Made by a program: the position numbers and the translations under genes. Of a stretch of 64,000 bases of DNA, positions 8,536 through 16,414 are shown one piece after another (position 1 is the stretch's first letter; the number at the start of each line of letters is the position of its first letter). Where the stretch lies: the NCBI GenBank assembly GCA_963849365.1, contig CAWKHA010000004.1, forward strand, positions 1,570,051-1,634,050, given 5' to 3'. Origin of the DNA: an uncultured Actinomycetota bacterium (GTDB lineage Bacteria; Actinomycetota; Actinomycetes; Prado026). The notes under the pieces were generated by a model. It worked only from the letters and a program-made list of their open reading frames with translations, was not told the origin of the DNA and did not search any database.

Positions 8536-9626
8536 GCGCGAGCTCCTTGTCCCTCGTCCTGGCGTTCGTCGATGTCCAGCCAGGACGAGCCTGTCGCGCT
8601 GCAGGTGCCGCCACACGGGCAGTCCGGGATGTCTTCGCCGTAGTTCGCGGTGAAGTACTTGTGTGCGAGCCGTAGCGCCTCGTCCTCTGTGATGCCCCAG
8701 GACGACCAGTTGGCACGGGACGCCTCCATCACCTTGACCGGGTCGCCCATCCGCCAGTACTCGGAGAACCGGTCCGGCTTCCCGACCCCCAGCGCCTGCG
8801 CCAGGACGCTGATGTAGTGCTTGATCGGCAGCCGGTCGTTCGCGAACTTGCTCAGCTCGCGCGTGCACGAGTGATACAGCGTGACAAGAGTGTTCGCACC
8901 GGACGCAGCCAGGTACTGCTCGAGCTTCTGCTGCGCCGCCAGGTACTCGGCTGTTCCCATGGCCGCGATGACCAGACCCTGGTTGTCGCAGATGTCGAGC
9001 ACCTCAGTCTCCGCGTAGTCCACGTACTCGACGCCCGGAACCCGCTTTAGCAGCTCCGCGGCGATCTTCGGGTGCCGGTCGCGCACCGCGTGCTCCCCGA
9101 GATGTCCGTGCACGACTGCCTTCACATCGACCTCAGACTTCCAAGGCACCTGGTCACCAAGAGCATCGATGCGTTCGACGAGGAAGGCGGCCAGCGGTTC
9201 GCTCGTGAACTCGATGGTCTTGCTCGCACCGAACACGTCGCTGAACTGCATCTCACAAGCTGAGCACCACTGAATGGTTCGCTTGGGCTGGTACGCGGCC
9301 ATCCGCTCGACCGACGTGTTGATGATCTGACCGGCCATGTCGGGGAAGCCGAGGCCGCTGTAGACCTTCCCGCAGCACGTCCGCTGCCCGGCGATGGCAG
9401 AGAAGTCGACGCCGAGCGCCTCCATGACGGCCACCGCCTCACGCTGGAGGTGCGGCGTCTGCCGGACGTTGCAGCCGAAGTTGAGCAGGATCTCGACGGG
9501 CCGTGCGGGAACTTCGCCTGCCTCGGACCAGACCGCCTCCTCCCGCGACACCTGCATGTGCTCGCGCTCCATCATCGCCCGGTAGAACTCGGGGATGGTG
9601 AAGTCACTGAGTCTGGGTCCGGCCAT
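8532..9626 (-). CDS. CCG-motif cysteine-rich protein, HdrB/GlpC/LutA-like (paralog 1 of 3)
   Basis: NFGCNVRQTPHL...TCCGKVYSG...WCSACEMQF fits C-Xn-CCG-Xm-C-X2-C. The second half has a degenerate repeat. C-terminal tail is DCPCGGTC. ATG 9626 follows GGGAGGTG. Confidence 0.8.
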   Translation of the reverse strand: MAGPRLSDFTIPEFYRAMMEREHMQVSREEAVWSEAGEVPARPVEILLNFGCNVRQTPHLQREAVAVMEALGVDFSAIAGQRTCCGKVYSGLGFPDMAGQIINTSVERMAAYQPKRTIQWCSACEMQFSDVFGASKTIEFTSEPLAAFLVERIDALGDQVPWKSEVDVKAVVHGHLGEHAVRDRHPKIAAELLKRVPGVEYVDYAETEVLDICDNQGLVIAAMGTAEYLAAQQKLEQYLAASGANTLVTLYHSCTRELSKFANDRLPIKHYISVLAQALGVGKPDRFSEYWRMGDPVKVMEASRANWSSWGITEDEALRLAHKYFTANYGEDIPDCPCGGTCSATGSSWLDIDERQDEGQGARA

Positions 9627-9669
9627 CGCGGTCACCTCCCGCATGTCATCTCTGTCGACTGGTAACGTG

Positions 9670-9699
9670 ATAACGCTAGCAGATATCGGATGCCGACCT
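9670..9699. promoter_or_regulatory. RTATCG-N5-CGATAY boxes upstream of CCG gene 1
   Basis: ATAACG ctagc AGATAT (9670-9686) and ATATCG gatgc CGACCT (9683-9699, weak right half). Confidence 0.5.
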
Positions 9700-9733
9700 G
9701 TCGGGCTCCGAGGAGCTACCCCTCTGGCCTCGG

Positions 9734-10234
9734 CTAGTGAGCGCCGCCAAGCTCATATTCCGTGTCGATGGTGAGCCACCGGTGGCTGATCTTCCAGTCG
9801 CCGTTGACCTTCCGCAGCTTCCTGATGTCGGTGCCGGTCGCGCACACGCTGCGCGGGTCACCGAGCAGCAGCGTGTGGTGGTAGGCGCACAGGTAGGCCT
9901 CGCTCGTCCGGTCGACGATACGGACGAGGACGTTGGACCAGATGTGCCGGGTGCCGTTCCAGGTGGCGAAGTTGTCGAGGTACTTCTTGCGCAGCTCGTC
10001 CGAGCCGTTGACGGCGCCACGCGGGCTGTGGACCACGCAGTCCGCGGCGAAGAAGTCGATGATGGCGTCCAGATCGCGGTTGTCGTACACGTAGCCGTAG
10101 ACGGTGAAGTCGTCGCGGATCCGTGTTTCCTCCTCGATCAGCTGGGATCGCTCAACCTCGCCCGTCCCGGCCGGCCACCGCGGCAGCTGCGCGATCTCCT
10201 GAAGTGCGGCCACTCCGCCCGCTCCAAGGTCCAC
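9734..10234 (-). CDS. SnoaL-like / NTF2-fold protein (paralog 1 of 3)
   Basis: YVYDNRDLDAIIDFFAADCVVHSPRG...TRHIWSNVLV...AYLCAYHH...NGDWKISHRWLTID is a typical SnoaL_4 pattern. GTG 10234 follows GGAG. Confidence 0.75.
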   Translation of the reverse strand: MDLGAGGVAALQEIAQLPRWPAGTGEVERSQLIEEETRIRDDFTVYGYVYDNRDLDAIIDFFAADCVVHSPRGAVNGSDELRKKYLDNFATWNGTRHIWSNVLVRIVDRTSEAYLCAYHHTLLLGDPRSVCATGTDIRKLRKVNGDWKISHRWLTIDTEYELGGAH

Positions 10235-10266
10235 GATCCGTACTCCGTTCGGTCGCGATGTGATGG

Positions 10267-10368
10267 CTACTCGGCGGCGTCCAGGACGGCGCGGGGGATC
10301 AGTCCCCAGTACTCCCGCTCGTCTGCCGCGGCGATGTGTGGCGTGATGAGCGGTGCAAGGTCACACAT
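10267..10368 (-). pseudogene. 3'-terminal stump of a third D-2-hydroxyacid dehydrogenase paralog
   Basis: APLITPHIAAADEREYWGLIPRAVLDAAE-stop aligns with the C-termini VIITPHLAAGSERAYWTRVLRTALEAY and VILTPHIAAGTEVEYWRYTLRTVLEAY of the two intact paralogs. Nothing homologous lies upstream. Confidence 0.5.
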
Positions 10369-10405
10369 GACCGCCGGGCGCCGCGGATATCGACAGCCCC
10401 GGGGA

Positions 10406-11599
10406 TCAGATCGAGAGCTGCTTGCAGATGGCGTCGATGTCGGTGCGGCGCAGCTGCGAGGCAAAGCACGAGCCTTCCCGGTCGCACGAGCAGAATTGGA
10501 CGCTGGACGCGTATTCGGGAACGAAGTACTTCGTCACCAGCTCGCGGGCCTTGGCCTCGCTGATGTCCCACGATTCCCAGTACGACCGGCTCTCCTGGAG
10601 GATCTGCTCGGGTCCGAGCTGCCAGAAGCGGCGGAACCGGTCCTCGATCATGATGCCGAGCGTCTCGAGCAGCAGGCTCTGATAGTGGATGACCGGTAGC
10701 TCCGGGCTGCTGAACTTCGACCACTCGCGGTGGCACTTGTGGTGGTGGGTCAGGATGCCTTCCGCTCCAACAGCGCGGGCCTGCTCGAGCAGCTCAGCCT
10801 GAACGCTGCGGTACTCCTCCGTGCTGATGTCGCTCAGCTTGGTGTGCCCATACGCATCCCCCAGCTCGGGCCGGGAGTTGCTGGTGCATGGGCTTCCCAC
10901 GGATGGCGCAGTGACCATGCCTGCGAACTCGACACCAGGCATGAGGTCGAGCGTCTCGATGACGGCGTTGCGCGCCTCGAGCTTCGTCGCGTGCACCTCG
11001 GCGCCCTCAGCATGCAGCAGGAATCGTCGGGTGCGTGCCGGGTTCGGGTCGGCCCACGGGACCGAGTCCCCCATCTCCCTGAGCCGGCGCAGCACGAAGT
11101 CGGTGATGTGGACGACCTCGAAGGGAGCGCTTCCGGTCTGTTCGCGCATCTGCGCCACGTTGTGCTGGAACTGGATGAGGCACGAGCCGCACTGCTGCAC
11201 GTTGATCGTCGAGTGCCACGTCGCGAGCCGACCGACGCTGTGCCAGCAGACCCGGTCACCGAGCACGGCGTCGCCGGCGGCGCCGAACGGGCGGCCGCAA
11301 CAGAACTGGGTGCCGGCGGTGGCGACGAAGTCGATGCCGAGGGCCTCGAACAGCGCGACCTGGGTCAGCATGAGGTGCGGCGTCGCCTGAACCCCGCAGC
11401 TGAGGTTCAGCACGACCTCCGCGTCCTGCGTGCGCTTCTTGGGCGTCATCTCCCAGGCGATCTCGTCACGGCGGACCTGCATGCGGTAGCACTCTTCGAG
11501 GTTGCGGTAGTGCCCCTGGGGGTCGAACGGGACGTCGTCGTCGTCCTCGAGGTCGCCGTCGGAACGGCCCATGGCCCGGTCGCCCGTGTAGCTCTCCAT
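10406..11599 (-). CDS. CCG-motif cysteine-rich protein (paralog 2 of 3)
   Basis: NLSCGVQATPHL...FCCGRPFG...QQCGSCLIQF. C-terminal tail is FCSCDREGSC. ATG 11599 follows AGGTAGGAG. Confidence 0.8.
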   Translation of the reverse strand: MESYTGDRAMGRSDGDLEDDDDVPFDPQGHYRNLEECYRMQVRRDEIAWEMTPKKRTQDAEVVLNLSCGVQATPHLMLTQVALFEALGIDFVATAGTQFCCGRPFGAAGDAVLGDRVCWHSVGRLATWHSTINVQQCGSCLIQFQHNVAQMREQTGSAPFEVVHITDFVLRRLREMGDSVPWADPNPARTRRFLLHAEGAEVHATKLEARNAVIETLDLMPGVEFAGMVTAPSVGSPCTSNSRPELGDAYGHTKLSDISTEEYRSVQAELLEQARAVGAEGILTHHHKCHREWSKFSSPELPVIHYQSLLLETLGIMIEDRFRRFWQLGPEQILQESRSYWESWDISEAKARELVTKYFVPEYASSVQFCSCDREGSCFASQLRRTDIDAICKQLSI

Positions 11600-11651
11600 C
11601 AGCACTCCTACCTGCCTGTCATGATCGCGCAACTACTGAAATCGCGACCCA

Positions 11652-11668
11652 ATATCATCGTACGCTAC
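11652..11668. promoter_or_regulatory. RTATCG-N5-CGATAY box upstream of CCG gene 2
   Basis: ATATCA tcgta CGCTAC, between the 2-hydroxyacid dehydrogenase 2 stop and the CCG2 start. Confidence 0.5.
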
Positions 11669-11710
11669 CGACGCGTCAGCACCAACGATCGGCGCGATCG
11701 CCGAAGCATG

Positions 11711-12697
11711 TCACCCGGCGTAGGCCTCGAGCACGGTGCGCAGGGTGTACCTCCAGTACTCGACCTCGGTCCCCGCCGCGATGTGCGGCGTCAGGATCAC
11801 CCGGTCATCGGCCATCGCCAGCAGCGGATGTTCCTTGGGCAGCGGCTCGTAGCGGAAGACGTCGAGTCCGACGCCGGCGATCTCGCCGTTCTTCAGGGCA
11901 CCGACGAGCGCGTCGTCGTCAATGACGCGCCCGCGAGCGGTGTTGATCAGGAACGCGGTCGGCTTCATCATCGCGAACTCGCGGGCGCCGAACTGGTTCT
12001 CGTTGCCGCCAGGCCCGAGCTGCAGCCGGTGGTTGAGCACAAGGAAGTCCGATTCTCGCAAGAGGTCGTCGAACTCTCGCCATTCCACCCCGAGCCGCTG
12101 CTCGTCCTCGATCGGCAACCGGTGACGCTGGTTGTAGCGCAGCCGAACGCCGAACGGCGCGAGCAGCTTGGCCATGTTCGCGCCGATGGTGCCGACTCCG
12201 ACGAGGCCGACCACGTTTCCGCGCAGGAAGCCGGACCCCTGCACGCCTGGCCAGTTGTAGACGTAGGTCTCCTGGTCGGTCAGCACCGGCACATCACGCC
12301 CCGGCAGCCATTCGGCGGCCCTCATCTCGCGCGCGATCGTGAGGATGTTGTGTGCCAGCGTCAGCATCAGGGTGACGGCGAACTCGGCGACCGAGATCCG
12401 CGAGAACGCCGATTCGTTGGGCAGCGTGAGGACCTGGACCTCGGCATGGCCGTCCACTGCCCCGGCTACCGTTGGGCCGCTCGTCGCGACGACCCGGAGG
12501 GCGGGCAGCGCCCGGCGCACTGTCGCGCTGTCGAGGTCGCCGTCGACGGCGAAGATCGCTGCGGCCCCGTCCGGTTCGTCAGCCAGTACCCAGCCCACCG
12601 GCAGCACGTCCCGTATGAAGCCGCGCGCCTCCACGCCGTCCTCGTCATCGGCCATGAGGACGTACAGACGATGGACATGGGGACCATCGGTTGTCAT
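11711..12697 (-). CDS. D-isomer-specific 2-hydroxyacid dehydrogenase family (paralog 2)
   Basis: VGLVGVGTIGANMA, FLINTARGRVIDDDALVGALKNGEIAGVGLDVFRYEPLP and LTPHIAAGT. ATG 12697 follows GAGGTG. Confidence 0.85.
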   Translation of the reverse strand: MTTDGPHVHRLYVLMADDEDGVEARGFIRDVLPVGWVLADEPDGAAAIFAVDGDLDSATVRRALPALRVVATSGPTVAGAVDGHAEVQVLTLPNESAFSRISVAEFAVTLMLTLAHNILTIAREMRAAEWLPGRDVPVLTDQETYVYNWPGVQGSGFLRGNVVGLVGVGTIGANMAKLLAPFGVRLRYNQRHRLPIEDEQRLGVEWREFDDLLRESDFLVLNHRLQLGPGGNENQFGAREFAMMKPTAFLINTARGRVIDDDALVGALKNGEIAGVGLDVFRYEPLPKEHPLLAMADDRVILTPHIAAGTEVEYWRYTLRTVLEAYAG

Positions 12698-12718
12698 GGG
12701 CACCTCGCACGGTCGTTA

Positions 12719-12748
12719 ATAGCGGGATACGATATCGACATCCGACCC
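12719..12748. promoter_or_regulatory. RTATCG-N5-CGATAY boxes in the dehydrogenase / molybdoenzyme divergent region
   Basis: ATAGCG ggata CGATAT (12719-12735) and ATATCG acatc CGACCC (12732-12748). The string GATATCGACATCCGAC recurs at 56830. Confidence 0.55.
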
Positions 12749-12910
12749 TAATGGGTACCCGTCCAGCAAGATTCTGGGGGACGGCCGTGCTGCAGCCTCC
12801 GACGCTGGCCCTGACTCGAACCGCAATACTGCACAGATGAGGTTCCTCGTCGACGTCGAGCGCTGGCCCAGCCGGGGCGCCGCGCGAACCGGCGGCCACT
12901 GAGCGATGCC

Positions 12911-15307
12911 ATGACCAGGCGGACCGTACGCACCTACTGCTCGATGTGCGGAGTGGGCTGCCCGGCAGCGATCACTGTGGACGGAGGGCAGGTGCTCGCC
13001 CTGACCGCGGACCGCGCCCACCCCTCCGGGGGACTGATGTGTCCGAAGGGCCGAGCGGCGCCGGAGATCCACGACCATCCGCACCGGGTGAACTACCCGA
13101 TGCGGCGCACCCGGCCCAAGACTGCGGCCGACCCGGGCTGGCAGCGTATGTCATGGGACGAGGCGCTCGACCTGATCGCCAGGGAGCTGGGACGAATCCG
13201 CAGCGACCACGGGCCGGAAGCGGTCGTGGTGGGCCGCGGCACCTCGAGCGGGACCGGCCTCGGCCCGACCGAGCCGTGGGTGGCGCGCTTCTGCGAGTCG
13301 TTCGGCTCGCCGAACTACATGACGAACACGAACCTGTGCGCGTTCGCCCGCGACGGCGCCTTCTACTACACCTTCGGCGAGAACGGGCAGCCGCCGCCGG
13401 ACGTCGAGCACAGCGGCTGCGTGATCGTGTGGGGGGCCAACCCGCTGGCCACCCGGATCGACCTCGGCGCCGCGATCAGCGCGGCCAAGCAACGTGGCGC
13501 CCGGCTCATCGTGGTGGATCCACGGCGAGCGGGTCTGGCCGGACGCTCGGATCTGCTCCTCCAGGTGCGCCCGGGGACCGACGGCGCCCTGGCCCTCAGC
13601 TTCGTCCACCTCTTGATCGAGAACCGCTGGTACGACGAGGGATTCGTCAAGGAGTGGACGAACGCCGCGTTGCTCATCCGGGAGGACACCGCTCGCCCGT
13701 TGCGGAGCCGTGATGTGGGGGAGGGGCTGCGCACGGTCGCCGGGCCACGCGATGAGGACGGATTCGTCGGCCTGGACTCCGACGCTGGCCAGCTGGTCGA
13801 GTACCGACCGTCGGCTCGGCGCTATGCCTGCGCGCCGGCCGCGCTCAGCCTGACCGGGAAGGTCACCGTAGAGCTCCGCGACGGCTCGCGGGTTCGTTGC
13901 CGCCCGGTCTTCGAAGTGCTAGCCGAGGTGGCCCGACAGTGCGCGCCGGACGTGGCCGCGCAGATCACCGGCGTCGCCGAAGCGCAGATCCGGCGTGCGG
14001 TGCGCATGGTCTACGAGAACCGGCCGGTGTCGCACCACGTGTGGAACGGGATCGTCCAGCACACGAACGGGACGCAGGCGGGGCGCGCGATCGAGATCTT
14101 CTACGCGCTCATTGGCGACTGGGACCGGCGCGGCGCGAACGTCATCCCGCCGCCGCCGGCCACCGGCAGGATCGCGGGGCTCGGACTGCTGCCGCAGGAG
14201 CGGGCCGCGCGTCGGCTGGGACTGGCCGAGCGCCCGCTCGGGCCCGCGGCCGTCGACGGGGACGTCGTGGCGCCGGACGTCTTCACCGCGATCCTCGAGG
14301 GGCATCCGTACCGGGTGCGCGGCCTGCTCTCCTTCGGCAGCAACACCCTGCTCAACACGGGCGACCCGCTCCGGGGACGGGCGGCTCTGCAGAAGCTCGA
14401 GTTCTTCGCCCAGGCCGAGCAGTTCCACACGCCCACCAGCGATCTTGCCGACGTGATCCTGCCGGCCACGACATTCCTCGAGAGCGACCTGCTGATCGTG
14501 ACCCGCGACGGTCGGGCCGAGCGTCGCCTGCCGGCCGTGGCGCCGCAGTACGAGCGACGGTCCGACATCCAGATCATCTTCGATCTCGCGGCCCGCCTCG
14601 GCCTGGGCGAGTGGTTTGCCGACGGGAGCGTGGTGGATGCCTACGACGCAATCCTCGAGCCGGCCGGCCTGACCTGGGACGGGCTGCTGGAGCACCCGAA
14701 CGGTGTCAACGTGCGTCCGGAGGTGGAGCACAAGAAGCATGCGGCGTCGGCCGGTGGGGGCCAGCGTCTCGGGTTCGGTACGCCGTCCGGACTGGTCGAG
14801 CTCTTCTCCGAGCGTTTCGCCGACCACGGTTACCCACCGTTGCCAAGCTACGTGGAACCGGTCGAGAGTCCGGTCGGCACCCCTGAACTCGCTCGCGACT
14901 ACCCGCTCGTGCTCACCAACGCCAAACGGGGCCACTTCCTGCACAGCCAGCATCGCGGCATCGCCAGCCTCCGGCGGCACTACCCACAGCCGACTGTCGA
15001 GATCCACCCGGAGACCGCTGCGCGGCACGGCATCGCTGACGGCGCCCTGGTCGCTCTCGAAACGCCCAGGGGCGGAATCCGGGTCACGGCGAAGGTCACC
15101 GAGACGATCCGTCCGGGCGTTGTGTGCGCCAACCACGGCTGGTGGGAGGGCTGTGAGGAGCTCGGCCTGGATGCGCTCGACCCGCTCGACGAGACCGGCG
15201 CGAACGTCAATTTGCTGGTCCACAACGACATGCGCGACCCGATCGGTGGGGGCGTCGGCCACCGGTCCGCCCTCTGCCGACTCCGTCCGCTGCCGGACCT
15301 CGCCTGA
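12911..15307 (+). CDS. molybdopterin (bis-MGD) oxidoreductase, DMSO-reductase superfamily, cytoplasmic
   Basis: N-terminal CSMCGVGC...CPKG 4Fe-4S motif, 798 aa, VWGANP and VVDPRR blocks. No Tat signal. Confidence 0.85.
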   Translation: MTRRTVRTYCSMCGVGCPAAITVDGGQVLALTADRAHPSGGLMCPKGRAAPEIHDHPHRVNYPMRRTRPKTAADPGWQRMSWDEALDLIARELGRIRSDHGPEAVVVGRGTSSGTGLGPTEPWVARFCESFGSPNYMTNTNLCAFARDGAFYYTFGENGQPPPDVEHSGCVIVWGANPLATRIDLGAAISAAKQRGARLIVVDPRRAGLAGRSDLLLQVRPGTDGALALSFVHLLIENRWYDEGFVKEWTNAALLIREDTARPLRSRDVGEGLRTVAGPRDEDGFVGLDSDAGQLVEYRPSARRYACAPAALSLTGKVTVELRDGSRVRCRPVFEVLAEVARQCAPDVAAQITGVAEAQIRRAVRMVYENRPVSHHVWNGIVQHTNGTQAGRAIEIFYALIGDWDRRGANVIPPPPATGRIAGLGLLPQERAARRLGLAERPLGPAAVDGDVVAPDVFTAILEGHPYRVRGLLSFGSNTLLNTGDPLRGRAALQKLEFFAQAEQFHTPTSDLADVILPATTFLESDLLIVTRDGRAERRLPAVAPQYERRSDIQIIFDLAARLGLGEWFADGSVVDAYDAILEPAGLTWDGLLEHPNGVNVRPEVEHKKHAASAGGGQRLGFGTPSGLVELFSERFADHGYPPLPSYVEPVESPVGTPELARDYPLVLTNAKRGHFLHSQHRGIASLRRHYPQPTVEIHPETAARHGIADGALVALETPRGGIRVTAKVTETIRPGVVCANHGWWEGCEELGLDALDPLDETGANVNLLVHNDMRDPIGGGVGHRSALCRLRPLPDLA

Positions 15308-15354
15308 TTGATCCCCTCGACGTCGCGAGCTGGGGCCTGGACCAGGTCGGACCG

Positions 15355-15384
15355 ATACGGCAGACTGATATCGAGATACGATGT
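15355..15384. promoter_or_regulatory. tandem RTATCG-N5-CGATAY boxes upstream of the MDR reductase gene
   Basis: ATACGG cagac TGATAT (15355-15371) and ATATCG agata CGATGT (15368-15384). A weaker third unit follows. Confidence 0.55.
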
Positions 15385-15420
15385 CGTAGCGATGCGTCTC
15401 GGCTAGGAGGAGCGGCGAAG

Positions 15421-16308
15421 ATGGCAGTGCGCGCGCTACAGGCCGACGGCAATGGCGGTATCGAGGTCCTCACCCTGCGTGACGTGCCGGCGCCGGAGGC
15501 GACGTCGGGACAGATCCTGGTCCGGACGGTATCGAGCACGATCAACCCGCTCGACATCAAGATGCGGGGCAAGAACGTTCCGTTCCCGGTCACCCTGGGC
15601 TGCGACGTCGCCGGCATCGTTGTCGAGAGCGAGGCCGCGGACTATCGGCCCGGCGACCGGGTCATCGGTCTGACCTACCCGGACGACGGCGCCGGCGCGT
15701 GGACCGACCTGGTCGCGCTCAGCCCGGTCCAGGTGGCTCATGCGCCCGCCAGCGTCTCGCTGGCGGAGGCGGCCACGATCCCGCTCGCCGGCCTGACGGC
15801 GCTGCAGACGTGGGACGCCCTCACGCTGTCCCCTGGCGCTCGGGTGCTGGTGCTGGGAGCGGCGGGAGGGATCGGTGGCTTCGCTGTGCAGCTCGCGGTG
15901 CACGCCGGGATGAATGTCGACGCGCTCGTCGCCTGTGCCGAGCAGATCGACTCGGTGCTCAGTCTCGGCGCGGATCTCGTCACGGACAATCATGCAGCGC
16001 TGCCCGGCCACGCCTACGACGCCGTCTTCGACCCGATCGTCGCGCCGCGGCTGGGCATCGACGTACGCGAATTCGTCACCCCGGACGCCCAGTACGTGGC
16101 GGTCGGGAGCGACGAGTCGCAGATCCCAGGTGGGCAGGAAGTCTCGGTCGACGACGACCCGGACGGATTGCGTCGGCTGGCCGAGCTGGTCGACTCCGGT
16201 GCCGTCAAGGCGCGCATCGCCGGCCACTATCCGGTCCAGCAGTTCCGGGCCGCTCATCAGCGGTTCGAGGCGGGCGGCCTGTCCGGGAGGGTCGTGCTGC
16301 ACTTCTGA
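15421..16308 (+). CDS. MDR-family NAD(P)H quinone oxidoreductase / zinc-type alcohol dehydrogenase-like
   Basis: ILVRTVSSTINPLDIKMRG...LGCDVAGIVV...PGDRVIG and VLVLGAAGGIGGFAVQLA. RBS AGGAGGAG. Confidence 0.8.
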   Translation: MAVRALQADGNGGIEVLTLRDVPAPEATSGQILVRTVSSTINPLDIKMRGKNVPFPVTLGCDVAGIVVESEAADYRPGDRVIGLTYPDDGAGAWTDLVALSPVQVAHAPASVSLAEAATIPLAGLTALQTWDALTLSPGARVLVLGAAGGIGGFAVQLAVHAGMNVDALVACAEQIDSVLSLGADLVTDNHAALPGHAYDAVFDPIVAPRLGIDVREFVTPDAQYVAVGSDESQIPGGQEVSVDDDPDGLRRLAELVDSGAVKARIAGHYPVQQFRAAHQRFEAGGLSGRVVLHF

Positions 16309-16357
16309 CCACGCGGCGCCGTCGCCGACCTTCCACGCTCCTGTGAATCGTGCAACA

Positions 16358-16374
16358 ATATCGACTACTGATAT
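16358..16374. promoter_or_regulatory. RTATCG-N5-CGATAY box upstream of the metallophosphoesterase gene
   Basis: ATATCG actac TGATAT. Confidence 0.6.
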
Positions 16375-16414
16375 AGCGGGACTTCGGGCATCCGCCGAAG
16401 GGAGTGTCATCGAG

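Noticed and set aside
10387-10393. Lone GATATCG downstream of CCG2
   Set aside because: There is no recognisable partner half-site on either side. It is probably a relic of the promoter of the deleted dehydrogenase copy rather than a functional operator.
10730-12751. 673-aa plus-strand ORF spanning the CCG2 and 2-hydroxyacid dehydrogenase 2 loci
   Set aside because: It is Arg/Gly/Val/Asp/His-rich with no family motifs, and lies antisense to two genes with clear paralogs and motifs. This is the typical spurious long ORF of high-GC DNA. The same reasoning applies to 17910-19247(+), 13919-15262(-), 4335-5183(-), 37178-38536(-), 36159-37202(-), 46341-47492(-), 48500-49606(-), 56253-58055(-), 61184-62248(-) and similar entries.
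12749-12910. Moco riboswitch in the leader of the molybdoenzyme gene
   Set aside because: I cannot recognise the conserved Moco-motif helices or loops by eye. Only a generic GC-rich leader is visible. It is kept as a low-key question inside a finding, not called as a feature.
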